Assembly (NCBI GenBank): GCA_000998135.1
Contig: LCCV01000001.1
Coordinates: forward strand, 72,958 to 136,957
Direction of reading: 5' to 3'
DNA length: 64,000 nucleotides
DNA from: Parcubacteria group bacterium GW2011_GWA2_42_14
GTDB taxonomy: Bacteria > Patescibacteriota > Minisyncoccia > Sungbacterales > GWA2-42-14
Below are positions 63,248 to 64,000 of this stretch, piece by piece. The notes under the pieces are model-generated. The model was not told where the DNA came from and did not search any database. It was given only the letters and a program-made list of their open reading frames with translations. The position numbers and the translations under genes are program-made. The stretch's first letter is position 1; each line of letters begins with the position of its first letter.

Positions 63248-64000
63248 TCATCTATATCTCAGTCGAAAGGAGCTTGATACCGTTCCCCCGTTTCTAATTT
63301 TTTTATTTTCAACATTTAGCTGGATAAATTGTTCCGGAACGGAGCCGCTTTCAGAGCGTACGGAAAGGATGTTTGGCGAAGCGGGCTCTTTTGACGGCAC
63401 ATTTCTACTCCCCAGCTGCCATTGATAAGAAAGGTCGGACTCCGCGGTTGGCGGAAAAAAGAATAATTCAGCTATAAAATCAAGGATGGAAGCCGGAGCC
63501 GCCTCCAGAAAATCAATGTTTTTAGAAAAATCAATCCCTTCTAAAGGTTTAATTTGATAAAATTGGACTTTGGGCGTTACCGCGCTTATAGATACCGTTT
63601 TTTCTTTTTTAATGGCGCCGGACATATTTTCGGCCCTCACTGTAATGTTTTCCGTTATACCTTGAAACTGCGGAGAAAATACATAAGTTGACTTGCCGAA
63701 ACCGGATTTATTAACAACCGGCCCGTCATTGAATAACCACTTATAAATAAGATTGTTGGCGGGAATACCGGTTATTTCCGGAAGGGCGAGGATGGTTACT
63801 TTTGAATGAATAGAAGGCAGCGCTTTGCCCTTATACCATTGCGGAGTTATGGCATCGGTCCACCAGTAATAGGAAAGGTCATTTACGCGGATGGTCAGCG
63901 ATTGGGAATTGGTTGTTCCTTCCGGAAGCGTTATGTTTACCCGCACCCGATAGCTTTCGCCGAGTTTTCCTGTTTCCAAGTCAAAACTTTTTTCGCCGAT
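63248..64000 (-). CDS. Extracellular Ig-like hypothetical protein (5' part outside window)
   Basis: Open to the window edge; PQWYKGKALP, LIYKW and LSYQW segments. Confidence 0.7.
   Translation of the reverse strand: MGEKSFDLETGKLGESYRVRVNITLPEGTTNSQSLTIRVNDLSYYWWTDAITPQWYKGKALPSIHSKVTILALPEITGIPANNLIYKWLFNDGPVVNKSGFGKSTYVFSPQFQGITENITVRAENMSGAIKKEKTVSISAVTPKVQFYQIKPLEGIDFSKNIDFLEAAPASILDFIAELFFFPPTAESDLSYQWQLGSRNVPSKEPASPNILSVRSESGSVPEQFIQLNVENKKIRNGGTVSSSFRLRYR

Overview
A 64-kb chromosomal window that gene content and style place in a Patescibacteria (CPR, Parcubacteria-like) genome using genetic code 11; this is an inference from the CPR-type pilin, FemX/MurE, degenerate DHH protein and the lack of Shine-Dalgarno sites at core genes. 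It spans the replication origin (dnaN-oriC-dnaA / rpmH-rnpA-yidD-yidC-jag). Housekeeping genes (polA, mutM, holA, rpsT, uvrB, ruvABC, tgt, tyrS, murE, PBP1A) are interspersed with accessory genes: three RelE-type TA pairs, GNATs, lipoproteins, an amidohydrolase-amidinotransferase pair and a fused 2-oxoacid dehydrogenase E1. There is one tRNA-Arg(CCG). The most striking signal is a dense set of short hairpin-forming elements of many sequence families. About 30 sit at gene junctions, often abutting or supplying the stop or start codon, and about 8 sit in frame inside conserved proteins (UvrB x3, MurE x3, TsaE, HolA). At two loci (LOG-family gene, YkuK-family gene) precise deletion of the hairpin joins an orphan ATG in frame to the rest of the gene, which raises the possibility of RNA-level excision or ribosomal bypass. 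Two perfect sigma70 promoters drive long, highly structured, largely non-coding transcripts (about 6783 to 5940 and about 47869 to 47550). No transposase, reverse transcriptase, CRISPR array or rRNA was recognised. All product calls come from motif recognition, not database searches.
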